The position numbers and the translations under genes were made by a program. Under the pieces are notes generated by a model. That model saw nothing but the letters and a program-made list of their open reading frames with translations, was not told where the DNA came from and made no database searches. Of a stretch of 64,000 bases of DNA, positions 1-9,990 are shown piece after piece. The DNA lies in the NCBI GenBank assembly GCA_963744145.1, contig CAVUSO010000001.1:2592001-2656000 (forward strand), given 5' to 3'. Source of the DNA: an uncultured cyanobacterium. Lineage in GTDB: Bacteria > Cyanobacteriota > Cyanobacteriia > Cyanobacteriales > CAWUOF01. Each line of letters starts with the position of its first letter. Position 1 is the stretch's first letter.

Positions 1-1391
1 CATTAATGTATACTTCTGGAACTACGGGCAAACCGAAAGGAGTAATGCTAACCCATGGAAATCTGTTGCACCAAATTACCACTTTAGGGGCTGTGATTAA
101 ACCAGACCCTGGCGATCGACTACTAAGTATTTTACCAACTTGGCACGCTTATGAACGTTGTGGCGAATATTTTATTCTCTCCCAAGGCTGCACCCAAATT
201 TATACAAATCTCCGTTCATTCAAACGGGATCTAAAAGAATTTAAACCAAACTTTATGGTCAGCGTTCCCCGATTATGGGAGTCGATCTATGAAGGAGTCC
301 AAAAACAATTGCGGGAACAGTCAGATTCCCAACAGAAATTAGTGCAATTTTTCCTATCTAGCAGTCAGAAATACATTGAAAACAAACGGATTTGGCAGGG
401 GTTACATTTACAAACCCAACCCGTTTCTTTACCCCAACGTCTATTAGCAGGAATCCTCACCGCCGTTTTTTGGCCAATACATTTTGGTGGAGAAAAATTG
501 GCTTATCAAAAAATCCGTGCAGCCACGGGAGGTCAATTTAATTATGCCATCAGTGGGGGCGGTTCTTTAGCAATGTATTTAGAAGACTTTTTTGAAATTA
601 TCGGAATAAAAGTATTAGTAGGGTATGGATTAACAGAAACTTCCCCAGTCTTAAGCGCTAGAAGACCTTGGCACAATTTACGAGGATCTTCAGGTAAACC
701 GCTACCCGCAACTGAAATAAAAATAGTTGACCCACAAACTCGCCAAACCTTACCCAATGGTATGGTAGGACTGGTTTTAGCTCGCGGACCGCAGATTATG
801 AAAGGATATTATCAAAATCCTACCGCGACTGAAAAGGTAATTGATAGCCAAGGATGGTTTGATACAGGTGATTTAGGTTGGTTAACCCCAGAGCAAGATT
901 TGGTCTTGACCGGACGCGCTAAAGATACAATTGTATTAACAAATGGTGAAAATATTGAGCCGCAACCGATCGAAGATGCTTGTCTGCAAAGTCCTTATAT
1001 AGACCAATTAATGCTAGTTGGACAAGATCAGCGATCGCTAGGTGCATTAATTGTACCAAATTTAAGCGCCTTAAATAAATGGGCACTTACCAATAATTTG
1101 CGTTTACAATTGCCAGAATCAACTCCCACCAATCTAATTGGGGAAACGGTCGGAGCAGATTTACCAGCATTAGAACTAGATAGTAAATTAATTCAGGATT
1201 TATTCCGACAAGAACTAAATCGAGAAGTACAAAAACGTCCCGGATACCGCATTGATGAGAGGATTGGGCCATTCCAACTAATTTTAGAACCTTTTTCCAT
1301 CGAAAATGGGATGATGACCCAAACCTTAAAAATTAAACGCAATGTTGTGATGGAACATTACCGCGATATGATTAACAGGATGTTTACCTAA
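1..1391 (+). CDS. aas: Long-chain acyl-ACP/acyl-CoA synthetase (AMP-binding), 5'-truncated by the window edge
   Basis: AMP-binding motifs YTSGTTGKPKG, GYGLTET and DTGDLG. The ORF starts at the first motif, so the N-terminus lies upstream of the window. Confidence 0.9.
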   Translation, partial: LMYTSGTTGKPKGVMLTHGNLLHQITTLGAVIKPDPGDRLLSILPTWHAYERCGEYFILSQGCTQIYTNLRSFKRDLKEFKPNFMVSVPRLWESIYEGVQKQLREQSDSQQKLVQFFLSSSQKYIENKRIWQGLHLQTQPVSLPQRLLAGILTAVFWPIHFGGEKLAYQKIRAATGGQFNYAISGGGSLAMYLEDFFEIIGIKVLVGYGLTETSPVLSARRPWHNLRGSSGKPLPATEIKIVDPQTRQTLPNGMVGLVLARGPQIMKGYYQNPTATEKVIDSQGWFDTGDLGWLTPEQDLVLTGRAKDTIVLTNGENIEPQPIEDACLQSPYIDQLMLVGQDQRSLGALIVPNLSALNKWALTNNLRLQLPESTPTNLIGETVGADLPALELDSKLIQDLFRQELNREVQKRPGYRIDERIGPFQLILEPFSIENGMMTQTLKIKRNVVMEHYRDMINRMFT

Positions 1392-1516
1392 TTGGTTTAG
1401 TAAGGAGAAAGATTAATAGGTTGAGACATGAGGAGCAACCTTTAAAACTGGAAACTTACCCAATCGGAAAACATTCTAGCTTACCAAAGTTCAAACCATC
1501 ACCAACATTAAAGTTT

Positions 1517-1972
1517 ATGGATCTAGACAAGTCCGAGCGCGAATTAATTCTGAAACGAGCGATCACCGTCAAAGCAGTGGTAACTCCGCGTTGGAAAGAA
1601 GATGCTCAACAGCAACTCCAACTGCAAATTAATCAACTGGATCAGCAATTACAACAACTAGAAATGCAAGGTCAGCGGATGATTAGTGAAATTCAAAAAC
1701 AAAGTCTCCAACCCTCTAGTCCGCAAGTGATCCAGCAAATTGATAACATTCATATCCAGGTTAATCAAAAGAAAAGCGAATTACTAGAGCAAAAAAATCA
1801 AATTCTCCAACAGTTACAACAAGTCCAACTGTTAGAACTAAAACAAGAGGTCAATCAAGGTCAAATTGAAGGGATTTTCCATCTCAAACGTGGTGATAAT
1901 CTGATTCAAAAAATGAATATAGAGATTCTGCTCCTCGATGGAATAGTGCAAGAGATTCGTGGCGATGTATGA
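1517..1972 (+). CDS. YlqD family protein
   Basis: LKRAITVKAVVTPRWK...Q-rich coiled coil...QGQIEG...GDNL...EILLLDG pattern. ATG 1517 is preferred over the TTG at 1421. Confidence 0.8.
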   Translation: MDLDKSERELILKRAITVKAVVTPRWKEDAQQQLQLQINQLDQQLQQLEMQGQRMISEIQKQSLQPSSPQVIQQIDNIHIQVNQKKSELLEQKNQILQQLQQVQLLELKQEVNQGQIEGIFHLKRGDNLIQKMNIEILLLDGIVQEIRGDV

Positions 1973-2029
1973 GAAGTATAAGTTTCATGGTAAAGTCTAC
2001 TGCTAAATGTTGATTCGGAAACCACCCCC

Positions 2030-3316
2030 ATGATTAACGAAGTTTTTATGCCAGCCCTAAGTTCCACCATGACCGAAGGCAAGATTGTATCCTGGGTTAA
2101 GTCCCCAGGAGAGAAGGTTAAAAAAGGTGAAACAGTGGTGGTGGTCGAATCAGATAAAGCAGATATGGATGTGGAATCCTTCTATGAAGGATACTTAGCG
2201 ACCATCGTTGTTCAAGCTGGAGAAAGTGCCCCGGTTGGTGCGGCGATCGCTCTAGTAGCAGAAACTGAAGCTGAAATTGAAACAGCTAAACAGCAAGCAG
2301 CAGGGGGAAATCAAGCAAAAACTGCGCCAGTGACCGTCGCAGTTGCTAGCGCGACCCCGGAGACAACTGTTAGCTTAATCACCCCTGTCACCACCACCAC
2401 TAGCCAACGCAATGGTAGGATTATTGCCTCTCCTCGTGCGAAGAAGCTAGCGAAGGAATTAGGGGTGAGTCTGGATCAACTTCAAGGTAGTGGACCCCAT
2501 GGTCGCATTATCGCTGAAGATGTGGAAACTGCTGCCGGTCAAGGAAAACCACCTGTTGTTCCTGGGGTACAACTTCCTTCTAGCCCCACAGCGGTGAAAT
2601 CAGAACCAGCCCCAGCTGCCTCAGTTGCACCAGCAATTCTGGTGGATAAGGTGGTGCCTTTTGCCACCCTGCAACAAGCAGTGACCCGCAATATGATGGC
2701 GAGTCTGCAAGTTCCCACATACCATGTCGGCTATACGATTACCACCAATAATCTTGATAAACTGTATCAGCAGATTAAATCTAAAGGTGTCACGATGACC
2801 GCATTGCTAGCTAAAGCAGTTGCGGTGACCCTGCAAAAACATCCTCTAGTTAATGCCTCTTATACTGAAGCAGGAATTGGTTATCATGCCGCAATTAATA
2901 TTGCTGTTGCTGTTGCCATGCCCGGAGGTGGATTGATTACGCCTGTTTTGCAAAATGCTGATCAAGTTGATATTTATTCTCTGTCTCGCGCTTGGAAAGA
3001 TTTAGTCGATCGCGCCCGGAGTAAACAACTACAACCCCAAGAATATAGCACTGGTACTTTTACCCTTTCTAACTTGGGCATGTTTGGAGTCGATCGCTTT
3101 GATGCGATTTTACCCCCTGGACAAGGTTCAATTCTGGCGATCGGTGGCTCCCGTCCTCAAGTTGTAGCAGCAGCAGATGGTTCCTTCGGAGTCAAGCAAC
3201 AAATGCAAGTAAATATTACCTGTGATCACCGGATTATTTACGGTGCTGATGCGGCTGCTTTCTTACAAGATTTAGCCAAGTTGATTGAAACTAATGCCCA
3301 ATCTCTAACACTGTAA
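2030..3316 (+). CDS. pdhC: Pyruvate dehydrogenase E2, dihydrolipoamide acetyltransferase
   Basis: Lipoyl domain (ESDKADMD), E3-binding motif ASPRAKKLA, catalytic DHRIIYG. Confidence 0.97.
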   Translation: MINEVFMPALSSTMTEGKIVSWVKSPGEKVKKGETVVVVESDKADMDVESFYEGYLATIVVQAGESAPVGAAIALVAETEAEIETAKQQAAGGNQAKTAPVTVAVASATPETTVSLITPVTTTTSQRNGRIIASPRAKKLAKELGVSLDQLQGSGPHGRIIAEDVETAAGQGKPPVVPGVQLPSSPTAVKSEPAPAASVAPAILVDKVVPFATLQQAVTRNMMASLQVPTYHVGYTITTNNLDKLYQQIKSKGVTMTALLAKAVAVTLQKHPLVNASYTEAGIGYHAAINIAVAVAMPGGGLITPVLQNADQVDIYSLSRAWKDLVDRARSKQLQPQEYSTGTFTLSNLGMFGVDRFDAILPPGQGSILAIGGSRPQVVAAADGSFGVKQQMQVNITCDHRIIYGADAAAFLQDLAKLIETNAQSLTL

Positions 3317-3357
3317 AAATTGTCAATCTCAGCCGATCTAATTTTATTGATTCTGCG

Positions 3358-3405
3358 GACTAACTACTAGACTGATTGCTGAGTCAGGTTGTTAGTCTTT
3401 TTTTA
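3358..3405 (+). terminator. Probable intrinsic terminator after pdhC
   Basis: GACTAAC...GTTAGTC stem followed by a T run. Confidence 0.55.
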
Positions 3406-3448
3406 TTTCTGAGGATGAGATGATGTTATACCTACTCTGGCAAAATAT

Positions 3449-4186
3449 ATGAATATTACGCGGAAATGGTCTACAGCTCAACAGCGATCGCGAGAAATCT
3501 TACTTCGTCTGGTACATCTTTATCCTGATGCCAAATGTACTCTTAACTATGAAAGTCCAGTCCAATTACTAGTAGCCACGATTCTTTCCGCTCAATGCAC
3601 AGATGAGCGTGTCAATCAAGTTACTCCGGCTTTATTTAGTCGTTTTCCCGATGCTCCTAGTTTAGCTAAGGCCGATTTAACTGAATTAGAAACCTTGGTC
3701 CGCTCTACTGGATTTTATCGTAATAAAGCTAAAAATATTAAAGCTGCTTGTAGTCTGATCGTCGCCAAATTTGGTGGTCAGGTGCCAAAACGGATGGAAC
3801 TACTTCTAGAATTACCTGGAGTGGCTCGCAAAACTGCTAATGTGGTTCTGGCTAATGCTTATGACATTAATATGGGTGTTACTGTCGATACTCATGTCAA
3901 ACGTCTTAGTCATCGTCTGGGATTGACAGAACATACTGATCCAGTCCGAGTCGAACGCGATTTAATTCGTCTTCTCCCTCAACCAGATTGGGAAAATTGG
4001 TCAATTCGCTTGATTTATCATGGTCGAGCTGTTTGTTTTGCTCGTAATCCGGCTTGCGATCGCTGTATTTTAGCTGATTTATGTCCCTCGGCTGACTCTG
4101 ATAAAATTAATTCTGCTCAGATTTCTGTCAATTCTACCGATTTAGGATATAAGATGGAAAATGCTGTCTTAATTGCAGGAGATTAA
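3449..4186 (+). CDS. nth: Endonuclease III
   Basis: LSAQCTD, HhH motif [16 protein letters not shown], and the C-terminal Cx6Cx2Cx5C Fe-S motif. Confidence 0.96.
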   Translation: MNITRKWSTAQQRSREILLRLVHLYPDAKCTLNYESPVQLLVATILSAQCTDERVNQVTPALFSRFPDAPSLAKADLTELETLVRSTGFYRNKAKNIKAACSLIVAKFGGQVPKRMELLLELPGVARKTANVVLANAYDINMGVTVDTHVKRLSHRLGLTEHTDPVRVERDLIRLLPQPDWENWSIRLIYHGRAVCFARNPACDRCILADLCPSADSDKINSAQISVNSTDLGYKMENAVLIAGD

Positions 4187-4194
4187 AATCATTC

Positions 4195-4497
4195 ATGGCT
4201 AAAAAAAGCATGATTGAACGGGAAAAGAAACGCCAAGCGTTGGTGGACAAATATGCGGATAAGCGAGCTGAACTTAAAGAACAGTTTGAGAATGCTTCTT
4301 CTCAGCGAGAAAGGGTCTTGATTCACCGCCAAATTCAACAATTACCACGTAATAGTGCCCCCACCAGGTTGCGGAATCGCTGTTGGGCGACGGGACGTTC
4401 TCGCGGGTTCTATCGGGACTTTGGTCTCTCACGTCATGTAATTCGGGAAATGGCTCATACCGGACTGCTACCAGGGGTAGTTAAGTCTAGTTGGTAA
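4195..4497 (+). CDS. rpsN: 30S ribosomal protein S14
   Basis: [13 protein letters not shown]...[12 protein letters not shown]...LPGVVKSSW. Confidence 0.98.
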   Translation: MAKKSMIEREKKRQALVDKYADKRAELKEQFENASSQRERVLIHRQIQQLPRNSAPTRLRNRCWATGRSRGFYRDFGLSRHVIREMAHTGLLPGVVKSSW

Positions 4498-4547
4498 TCA
4501 AGAATTGAAAATTAAGCTTTATTTTTAATTTTCAATTTTTTGCTCGT

Positions 4548-4876
4548 TTATTGCCCACAGCATTGATCGATTCCCAGACGATCAAGTAGTAAATCACTAA
4601 TGGCATTGGCGATCGCAAACTCGCTATAGAAACTGGTAGAAAAGTCAACGCCTGCATCTCCGTGACGATCGCGATGACGAGAGAACCAAGATCGTTCTCA
4701 CCTTCGATCCGCTGTCGCACGTAGATTTGGGCGGCTTTCTGGGCAATAGTTTGATTGACTGCTTCCGGAATAAATTCTTGATCAAGCCACTGATGCAAGG
4801 CAATTCGGAGCCATTCACCTTCAAGCTGGGGATCTTGGATCGGTGGTAAAATAATCGGTGGAATAGGTTCAGACAT
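4548..4876 (-). pseudogene. Conserved cyanobacterial hypothetical protein with an apparent 1-nt deletion frameshift near 4648
   Basis: Adding one T in GCG-TT(T)-GAC gives ...EMQAFDFSTSFYSEFAIANAISDLLLDRLGIDQCCGQ* (stop at 4548-4550), a more protein-like C-terminus than the annotated one. Confidence 0.6.
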
Positions 4877-4929
4877 TGCTGATCTGATTACAATAGCTTC
4901 TAGTTAAGAAAACCTTACAATAATTTGGT

Positions 4930-4973
4930 GACAGTCAAGATGACTGTCCCACAAAGTCAAGATGACTGTCCCA
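4930..4973. repeat. REP-like palindrome (GACAGTCAAGATGACTGTCCCA) plus a partial tandem copy
   Basis: Direct inspection. Same family as the elements at 19664, 42031 and 54106. Confidence 0.7.
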
Positions 4974-5047
4974 TAAGTGGTAATCCGGATTTAGATCAGA
5001 ATTGATATTTTTTAGATTTGTGTTGAGATCTAATTTGTCTAGAATTC

Positions 5048-5623
5048 ATGCAGTTTGATACCCCATCAATTATTCAAGGCTACGCCCAAGGTTATTTTTT
5101 AATGGCTGACGAAGCGGGCAATTTAGGCTGGTATGCTAGTCGCGAAAGAGCGCTGATTCCCCTGGATGAGCGCTTTCATTATCCGCGATCGCTCCAACGT
5201 TATTTGAATCAAGAGCGCTTTACCGTTGCAATTAATCGGGATTTTGCTGGGGTAGTGACTGGTTGTGCTAATCGGGAAACTACTTGGATATCGGCTGAAT
5301 TACAGGAAATCTATTGGCAACTTTATCAGGATGGATGGGCTTATAGTTTTGAAACTTGGGCAGGAGATGAATTAGCTGGTGGAATTTTGGGAATTGTGAT
5401 TGGGGGAGCATTTATTGGTGAATCCATGTTTTACTCTATCCCCGAAGGCTCAAAAGTAGCAATGGTCAAATTAGTCGAACGACTGCGATCGCGACAATTT
5501 CTGTTTTTTGACGCCCAAATGATGAATCCCCATCTGCAAAGATTTGGTGCTTATACCATTAGTGAAAAAAAATATCAAGCCCTGCTGAAACAAGCTTTGT
5601 TACGTCAATGCTCTTTAGTATAA
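5048..5623 (+). CDS. aat: Leucyl/phenylalanyl-tRNA--protein transferase
   Basis: [21 protein letters not shown] and SKVA motifs. Confidence 0.93.
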   Translation: MQFDTPSIIQGYAQGYFLMADEAGNLGWYASRERALIPLDERFHYPRSLQRYLNQERFTVAINRDFAGVVTGCANRETTWISAELQEIYWQLYQDGWAYSFETWAGDELAGGILGIVIGGAFIGESMFYSIPEGSKVAMVKLVERLRSRQFLFFDAQMMNPHLQRFGAYTISEKKYQALLKQALLRQCSLV

Positions 5624-5998
5624 AAGCGATCGCTCGTCCCAGATAATTATGGTCTGCTTCGCTCTGATGAGGGAATTTTTTTTTGTTTAAAAGTTACCGA
5701 ATCAGGTAATGCTTAATTTTTCCCACACCAAAGTAATGGGCTGTCTTCAACAACCCATTACCTTAGCAAATAATATTAGTGGATCGAGCGACCTATCGAT
5801 ATTTTTGCTGACTAACGGTTTTAAAGTAGTAGCAATGACCTAGGTGAATTAGACCTATCTAGTTTAGTAATGATAGTTCAGTTGCTTTTTGCTTTTTACT
5901 GGCTATAATTCCACTGCTATGCAAAGCCACTTTTTTTCAGGTCATTAATATTTGGCTGGGATAGTTGTGCTAATTCGACCGGTCACCAGCCAAACAGC

Positions 5999-6394
5999 TC
6001 AGGATGCTTCTTCTAGTTCTTCTCGATCGACTTGGCGCAAATGGATATGCTTACGTCCCAAGGAGATTTCAAATTCATCTCCTGGCTGAAGATCCATTTG
6101 TTTAGTATAAGCAGCACCAATCAGTAAGTTACCGTTAGATTGAACACTGATGCGATAGCTAGCACTACGTCCACCACGTCCATTGCCATTTTGCTTACCA
6201 TCTAACTCAATTCCTTCTGCATCAATGAGAGCATTAAGGAATTTCATCATATTGACGCGCTCAATGTTATTTTTGGTAACGGTGTAGTAGCCACAAGCCC
6301 TGGCTTTCTCTTCTTTGCTTAGGTTACCTAAATCTTTGACTTTTTGCAGTAAGACTTCACCAGTTAAAGGTTCCACCTTTTTCTTTTTACTCAT
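5999..6394 (-). CDS. Cyanobacterial AbrB-like transcriptional regulator (cAbrB)
   Basis: ARACGYY...FLNALIDA...GRSASYRISVQSNGNLLIGAAYT...GDEFEISLGRKHI. Confidence 0.93.
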   Translation of the reverse strand: MSKKKKVEPLTGEVLLQKVKDLGNLSKEEKARACGYYTVTKNNIERVNMMKFLNALIDAEGIELDGKQNGNGRGGRSASYRISVQSNGNLLIGAAYTKQMDLQPGDEFEISLGRKHIHLRQVDREELEEAS

Positions 6395-6773
6395 TAATTG
6401 GCTCCTCCAGTCATAAATGTGTACAGTTTTGATTTTAGTTGACTACTGGTAAGAAAAAGATTTTGTCATCTTCTTGCAGGTCTGCCAACTATATTAACCT
6501 GATTGATGCAAATTTTTCATCTTTTTTTTCCCTATTTCTTATCCAAATTGTCGATTAGTGGTGCTAACAGGCAAAAATATATATAAGTAAATGGTTTCGA
6601 GTTCCACGGTAGGCTGATTTGAGTTAACCATGAAGTTGATGTGAGACAAGCTAATGGTGGGAAAATGGAAAAAAGAAGTAGCATGAAATGGACAAAGGTC
6701 AGTAAAATTACTTGTAGGAGACTAGGGTTGATTGTTTGCATATAGTAAACGATATCCCCAAATAATAGTTGCA

Positions 6774-7217
6774 ATGAAGCTCACCACTCGCGGACATTAC
6801 AGCGTTAAAGCTTTACTAGATTTAAGTTTGCAGCCGGGATCTAGTCCGACTTCGGTAAAAGCGATCAGTAAAAGACAAGATATTCCCGCACCATATTTGG
6901 AAAAGTTGCTGATCGAAATGCGTCGGGCTGGGTTAGTAGTATCAGTACGTGGTACTGGAGGTGGATATCAATTAGCGCGATCGCCAGCACAGATTTCCCT
7001 CGGACAAATTTTAGAAGCGGTAGGTGAAACGATTGAACCTCTCCCTCATCATCTTGCTGATGCAAAGCAAGCGGAAGATTGGGTAACCCTAACACTATGG
7101 AACCGACTTCACCAAAAAATGAAGGAAACTCTGTACAATATTTCCCTGGAAGATTTATACTATGACGCTCGTAGTTGGCAAGCTGCTCAAGGAGAACAAA
7201 CCAGTTTTGTCATTTAG
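6774..7217 (+). CDS. Rrf2 family transcriptional regulator (no cysteines)
   Basis: MKLTTRGHY...YLEKLL..MRRAGLVVSVRGTGGGYQL winged HTH. ATG at 6774. Confidence 0.9.
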   Translation: MKLTTRGHYSVKALLDLSLQPGSSPTSVKAISKRQDIPAPYLEKLLIEMRRAGLVVSVRGTGGGYQLARSPAQISLGQILEAVGETIEPLPHHLADAKQAEDWVTLTLWNRLHQKMKETLYNISLEDLYYDARSWQAAQGEQTSFVI

Positions 7218-7265
7218 CAATTGAGGACATAAAAACTTTTGCTTTTCACCGACTTATTGGGATTA

Positions 7266-8246
7266 ATGACTGATCAGGATCATTCAATATTTGTATTCAT
7301 CTTCGCATCAGGTCTAGATTATCTGATTGGCGATCCTTGGGGTTGACCACATCCCGTCCATTTCTTTGGTGTTTGTATTCATACTTATAGTCAGTTCATC
7401 ATCAACAAATCTGACCGTCGCAATTGGCGTTTAGGGGCAGGAATTATTTTAGGAATTGGACTGGTAACTGGTACAGTAGCAGTTAGTTGGTTGATCATTG
7501 CCGTTGCTCATCGACTTCATCCTCTCGCTGGGATGGTGGTAGAAAGTATTCTTCTGGCTAGTTGTTTCGCTGCTAGAAGTTTAAGAGTAGCGGCGATCGA
7601 TGTTTTACAACCATTAGTTACTGGTAATCTAGTGCTGGCTCGCGATCGCTTAAGTAATTATGTCGGTCGGGATACCGATCATTTATTAGCACCAGAGATC
7701 CACCGTGCTGTGATGGAAACTGTCACCGAAAATGCTGTGGATGGAGTCATGGCACCATTATTTTATGCGATCGTCGGTGCATTTTTACCAGTGGGCAGTG
7801 TACCAATGGCACTAGCTTACAAAGCAGCGAGTACCTTAGATTCAATGGTTGGTTATCGACAGGAACCTTATGGGGATTTGGGCTGGTTTAGTGCCAAAAT
7901 GGAAGATATCCTGACCTGGGTTCCCTGTCGATTAACCGTAATCACTTTGGCACTTTTATCAGGAAAACCAAGACGAGTCTGGTATTTATGTCAAAGAGAT
8001 GCAGTTAAAGATCCCAGTCCAAATTCTGGTTGGAGTGAATGTGTTTATGCAGCAATTTTAGAAATCCAACTAGGTGGTACTAACTATTATCAAGGAGTCC
8101 CCAAATCTAAACCCCGCTTAGGAGAATCCCAACATCCGATCACTGAGGAGACCATCATGCAAGCACTACAGTTGACAAGATTTTGTTTTTTGCTATGGTT
8201 AGGCTTATTTATGCTGGTGGATAGCTATTTTCTTTATGATCAATAG
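7266..8246 (+). pseudogene. cbiB: Adenosylcobinamide-phosphate synthase CbiB/CobD with an in-frame TGA at codon 27 (7344-7346)
   Basis: From ATG 7266 the frame reads ...LDYLIGDPWG*PHPV..., in frame with the 7491-8246 ORF (VGRDT, ENAVDG, TLDSMVGY, SPNSG). Confidence 0.85.
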
Positions 8247-8273
8247 TGATCAATAACTAATCAGTAATCACCC

Positions 8274-8846
8274 ATGACCAAAGTTGTAGAAATTCTCTCC
8301 GCTGAAGAATTGCGACGTACTATTACCCGTCTCGCTTCCCAAGTGATTGAAAAAAGCGGTGATCTTTCTAAACTCGTCCTCTTAGGTATATATACTAGAG
8401 GAGTATCTTTAGCGCATCTATTAGCGGCTCAGATTGCTTTGCTGGAACAAATATCGGTATCAGTAGGTGCTTTAGATATTACCTTTTATCGAGATGATCT
8501 TGATCAAATTGGGATGAGGACACCTGCAAAAACAGATATTCCTTTTGATCTGACGGACAAAATTGTGGTGTTAGTAGATGATGTGATTTATAAAGGACGT
8601 ACTGTCCGAGCAGCTCTCAATGCAATCAATGATTATGGTAGACCAGAAATAATTTGGTTAGCCGTATTAGTAGATCGGGGTCATCGAGAAGTGCCAATTC
8701 ATCCAGATTTTACTGGAAAAAAGCTACCAACTGCCAAAGAAGAACAAGTTAAAGTTTATCTCCAAGAGATAGACGGGCGAGATGGGATAGAATTAATTAG
8801 TCCCGTTACTGCTAAAAGCACAGTGACAGATATACTGGATCATTAA
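8274..8846 (+). CDS. pyrR: Pyrimidine operon regulator / uracil phosphoribosyltransferase
   Basis: [35 protein letters not shown]. Confidence 0.95.
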   Translation: MTKVVEILSAEELRRTITRLASQVIEKSGDLSKLVLLGIYTRGVSLAHLLAAQIALLEQISVSVGALDITFYRDDLDQIGMRTPAKTDIPFDLTDKIVVLVDDVIYKGRTVRAALNAINDYGRPEIIWLAVLVDRGHREVPIHPDFTGKKLPTAKEEQVKVYLQEIDGRDGIELISPVTAKSTVTDILDH

Positions 8847-8848
8847 AA

Positions 8849-9943
8849 GTGGAATTAGATATTTTGGATTCTAGCTGGAGCACTCAAAACTTAAGTGCAG
8901 TTGACGAAACTCAAACTCGGAAAGCAGATCATCTCCGAATTTGTCTAGAGGAAGATACTCAATTTCGAGAAACTACTAATGGACTAGAACGTTACCGCTT
9001 TACCCACTGTTGTTTACCCGAACTTGATCGTCGTGAAATAGATGTAAAAACAACTTTTCTGGGGAAAAAGTTAGGGGCTCCGGTGTTGATTTCTTCGATG
9101 ACTGGGGGTACAGCATTAGCGAAGACGATTAATTATCGTTTAGCTGAGGTAGCTCAACGTTTTCAAATTCCCATGGGAGTGGGTTCTCAACGAGTAGCTT
9201 TAGAAAATCCTGTAGTTGCTGATACTTTTAAAGTTCGCTCCCTAGCTCCGGATATTCTACTTTTTGCTAATTTGGGTGCTGTCCAACTTAATTATGGTTA
9301 TACTATTGATCAATGTCAAAGTGTGATTGATTTGCTCGAAGCTGATGCTTTAATTTTGCATCTGAATCCGTTGCAAGAATCTGTCCAAACTAATGGTGAC
9401 ATTAATTTTCGGGGTTTGCTAGACAAAATTGCCAAATTATGTAGTAAATTACCAGTACCTGTCATTGCTAAAGAAGTTGGTAATGGGATTTCTGCGGTAA
9501 TGGCACAACGGTTAATCGATGCGGGAGTGAGAGCAATTGATGTAGCTGGTGCGGGAGGAACTTCCTGGGCTAAAGTTGAAAGCGAACGAGCTAAGGATGC
9601 AATGCAACATCGCTTAGGTGCAACTTTTACTAACTGGGGATTACCAACAGCGGAATGTATTGTTGATATTCGGAATATGGCTCCGGAAATTCCGTTGATT
9701 GCTTCGGGAGGATTACGGAATGGAATCGAAATTGCTAAAGCGATCGCATTAGGAGCTGATCTAGCTGGATTAGCATGGCCATTTCTCCAAGCGGCAGCTA
9801 GATCAGAAGCAGATATAATTAGTTTAATGGAAATTCTGATCGCGGAAATCACCACGGTTCTTTTTTGTACAGGTAGTGCGAATTTATCTGAGCTAAAGCG
9901 TGCTGGAGTTTTAATTCGATTAGGTTCACCAGTACCAAGCTGA
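8849..9943 (+). CDS. fni: Type 2 isopentenyl-diphosphate delta-isomerase
   Basis: RKADHL, MTGG, GVGSQR, HLNPLQE, KEVGNG, GGTSW. Confidence 0.96.
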   Translation: MELDILDSSWSTQNLSAVDETQTRKADHLRICLEEDTQFRETTNGLERYRFTHCCLPELDRREIDVKTTFLGKKLGAPVLISSMTGGTALAKTINYRLAEVAQRFQIPMGVGSQRVALENPVVADTFKVRSLAPDILLFANLGAVQLNYGYTIDQCQSVIDLLEADALILHLNPLQESVQTNGDINFRGLLDKIAKLCSKLPVPVIAKEVGNGISAVMAQRLIDAGVRAIDVAGAGGTSWAKVESERAKDAMQHRLGATFTNWGLPTAECIVDIRNMAPEIPLIASGGLRNGIEIAKAIALGADLAGLAWPFLQAAARSEADIISLMEILIAEITTVLFCTGSANLSELKRAGVLIRLGSPVPS

Positions 9944-9990
9944 TGGTTAGGTTAATATCCTTGATTTGATCCTTTAATTATTAAAAAATT

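Noticed and set aside
5640..5990. Possible ncRNA between aat and the AbrB-like gene (hairpin GTAATGGG...CCCATTAC)
   Set aside because: A single hairpin between convergent genes with no recognisable RNA family motif; more likely a terminator.
7344..7346. TGA recoded as Trp or selenocysteine
   Set aside because: TGA ends many normal genes here (e.g. sppA, fni), Trp is TGG elsewhere, and the position is Trp rather than Cys in homologs.
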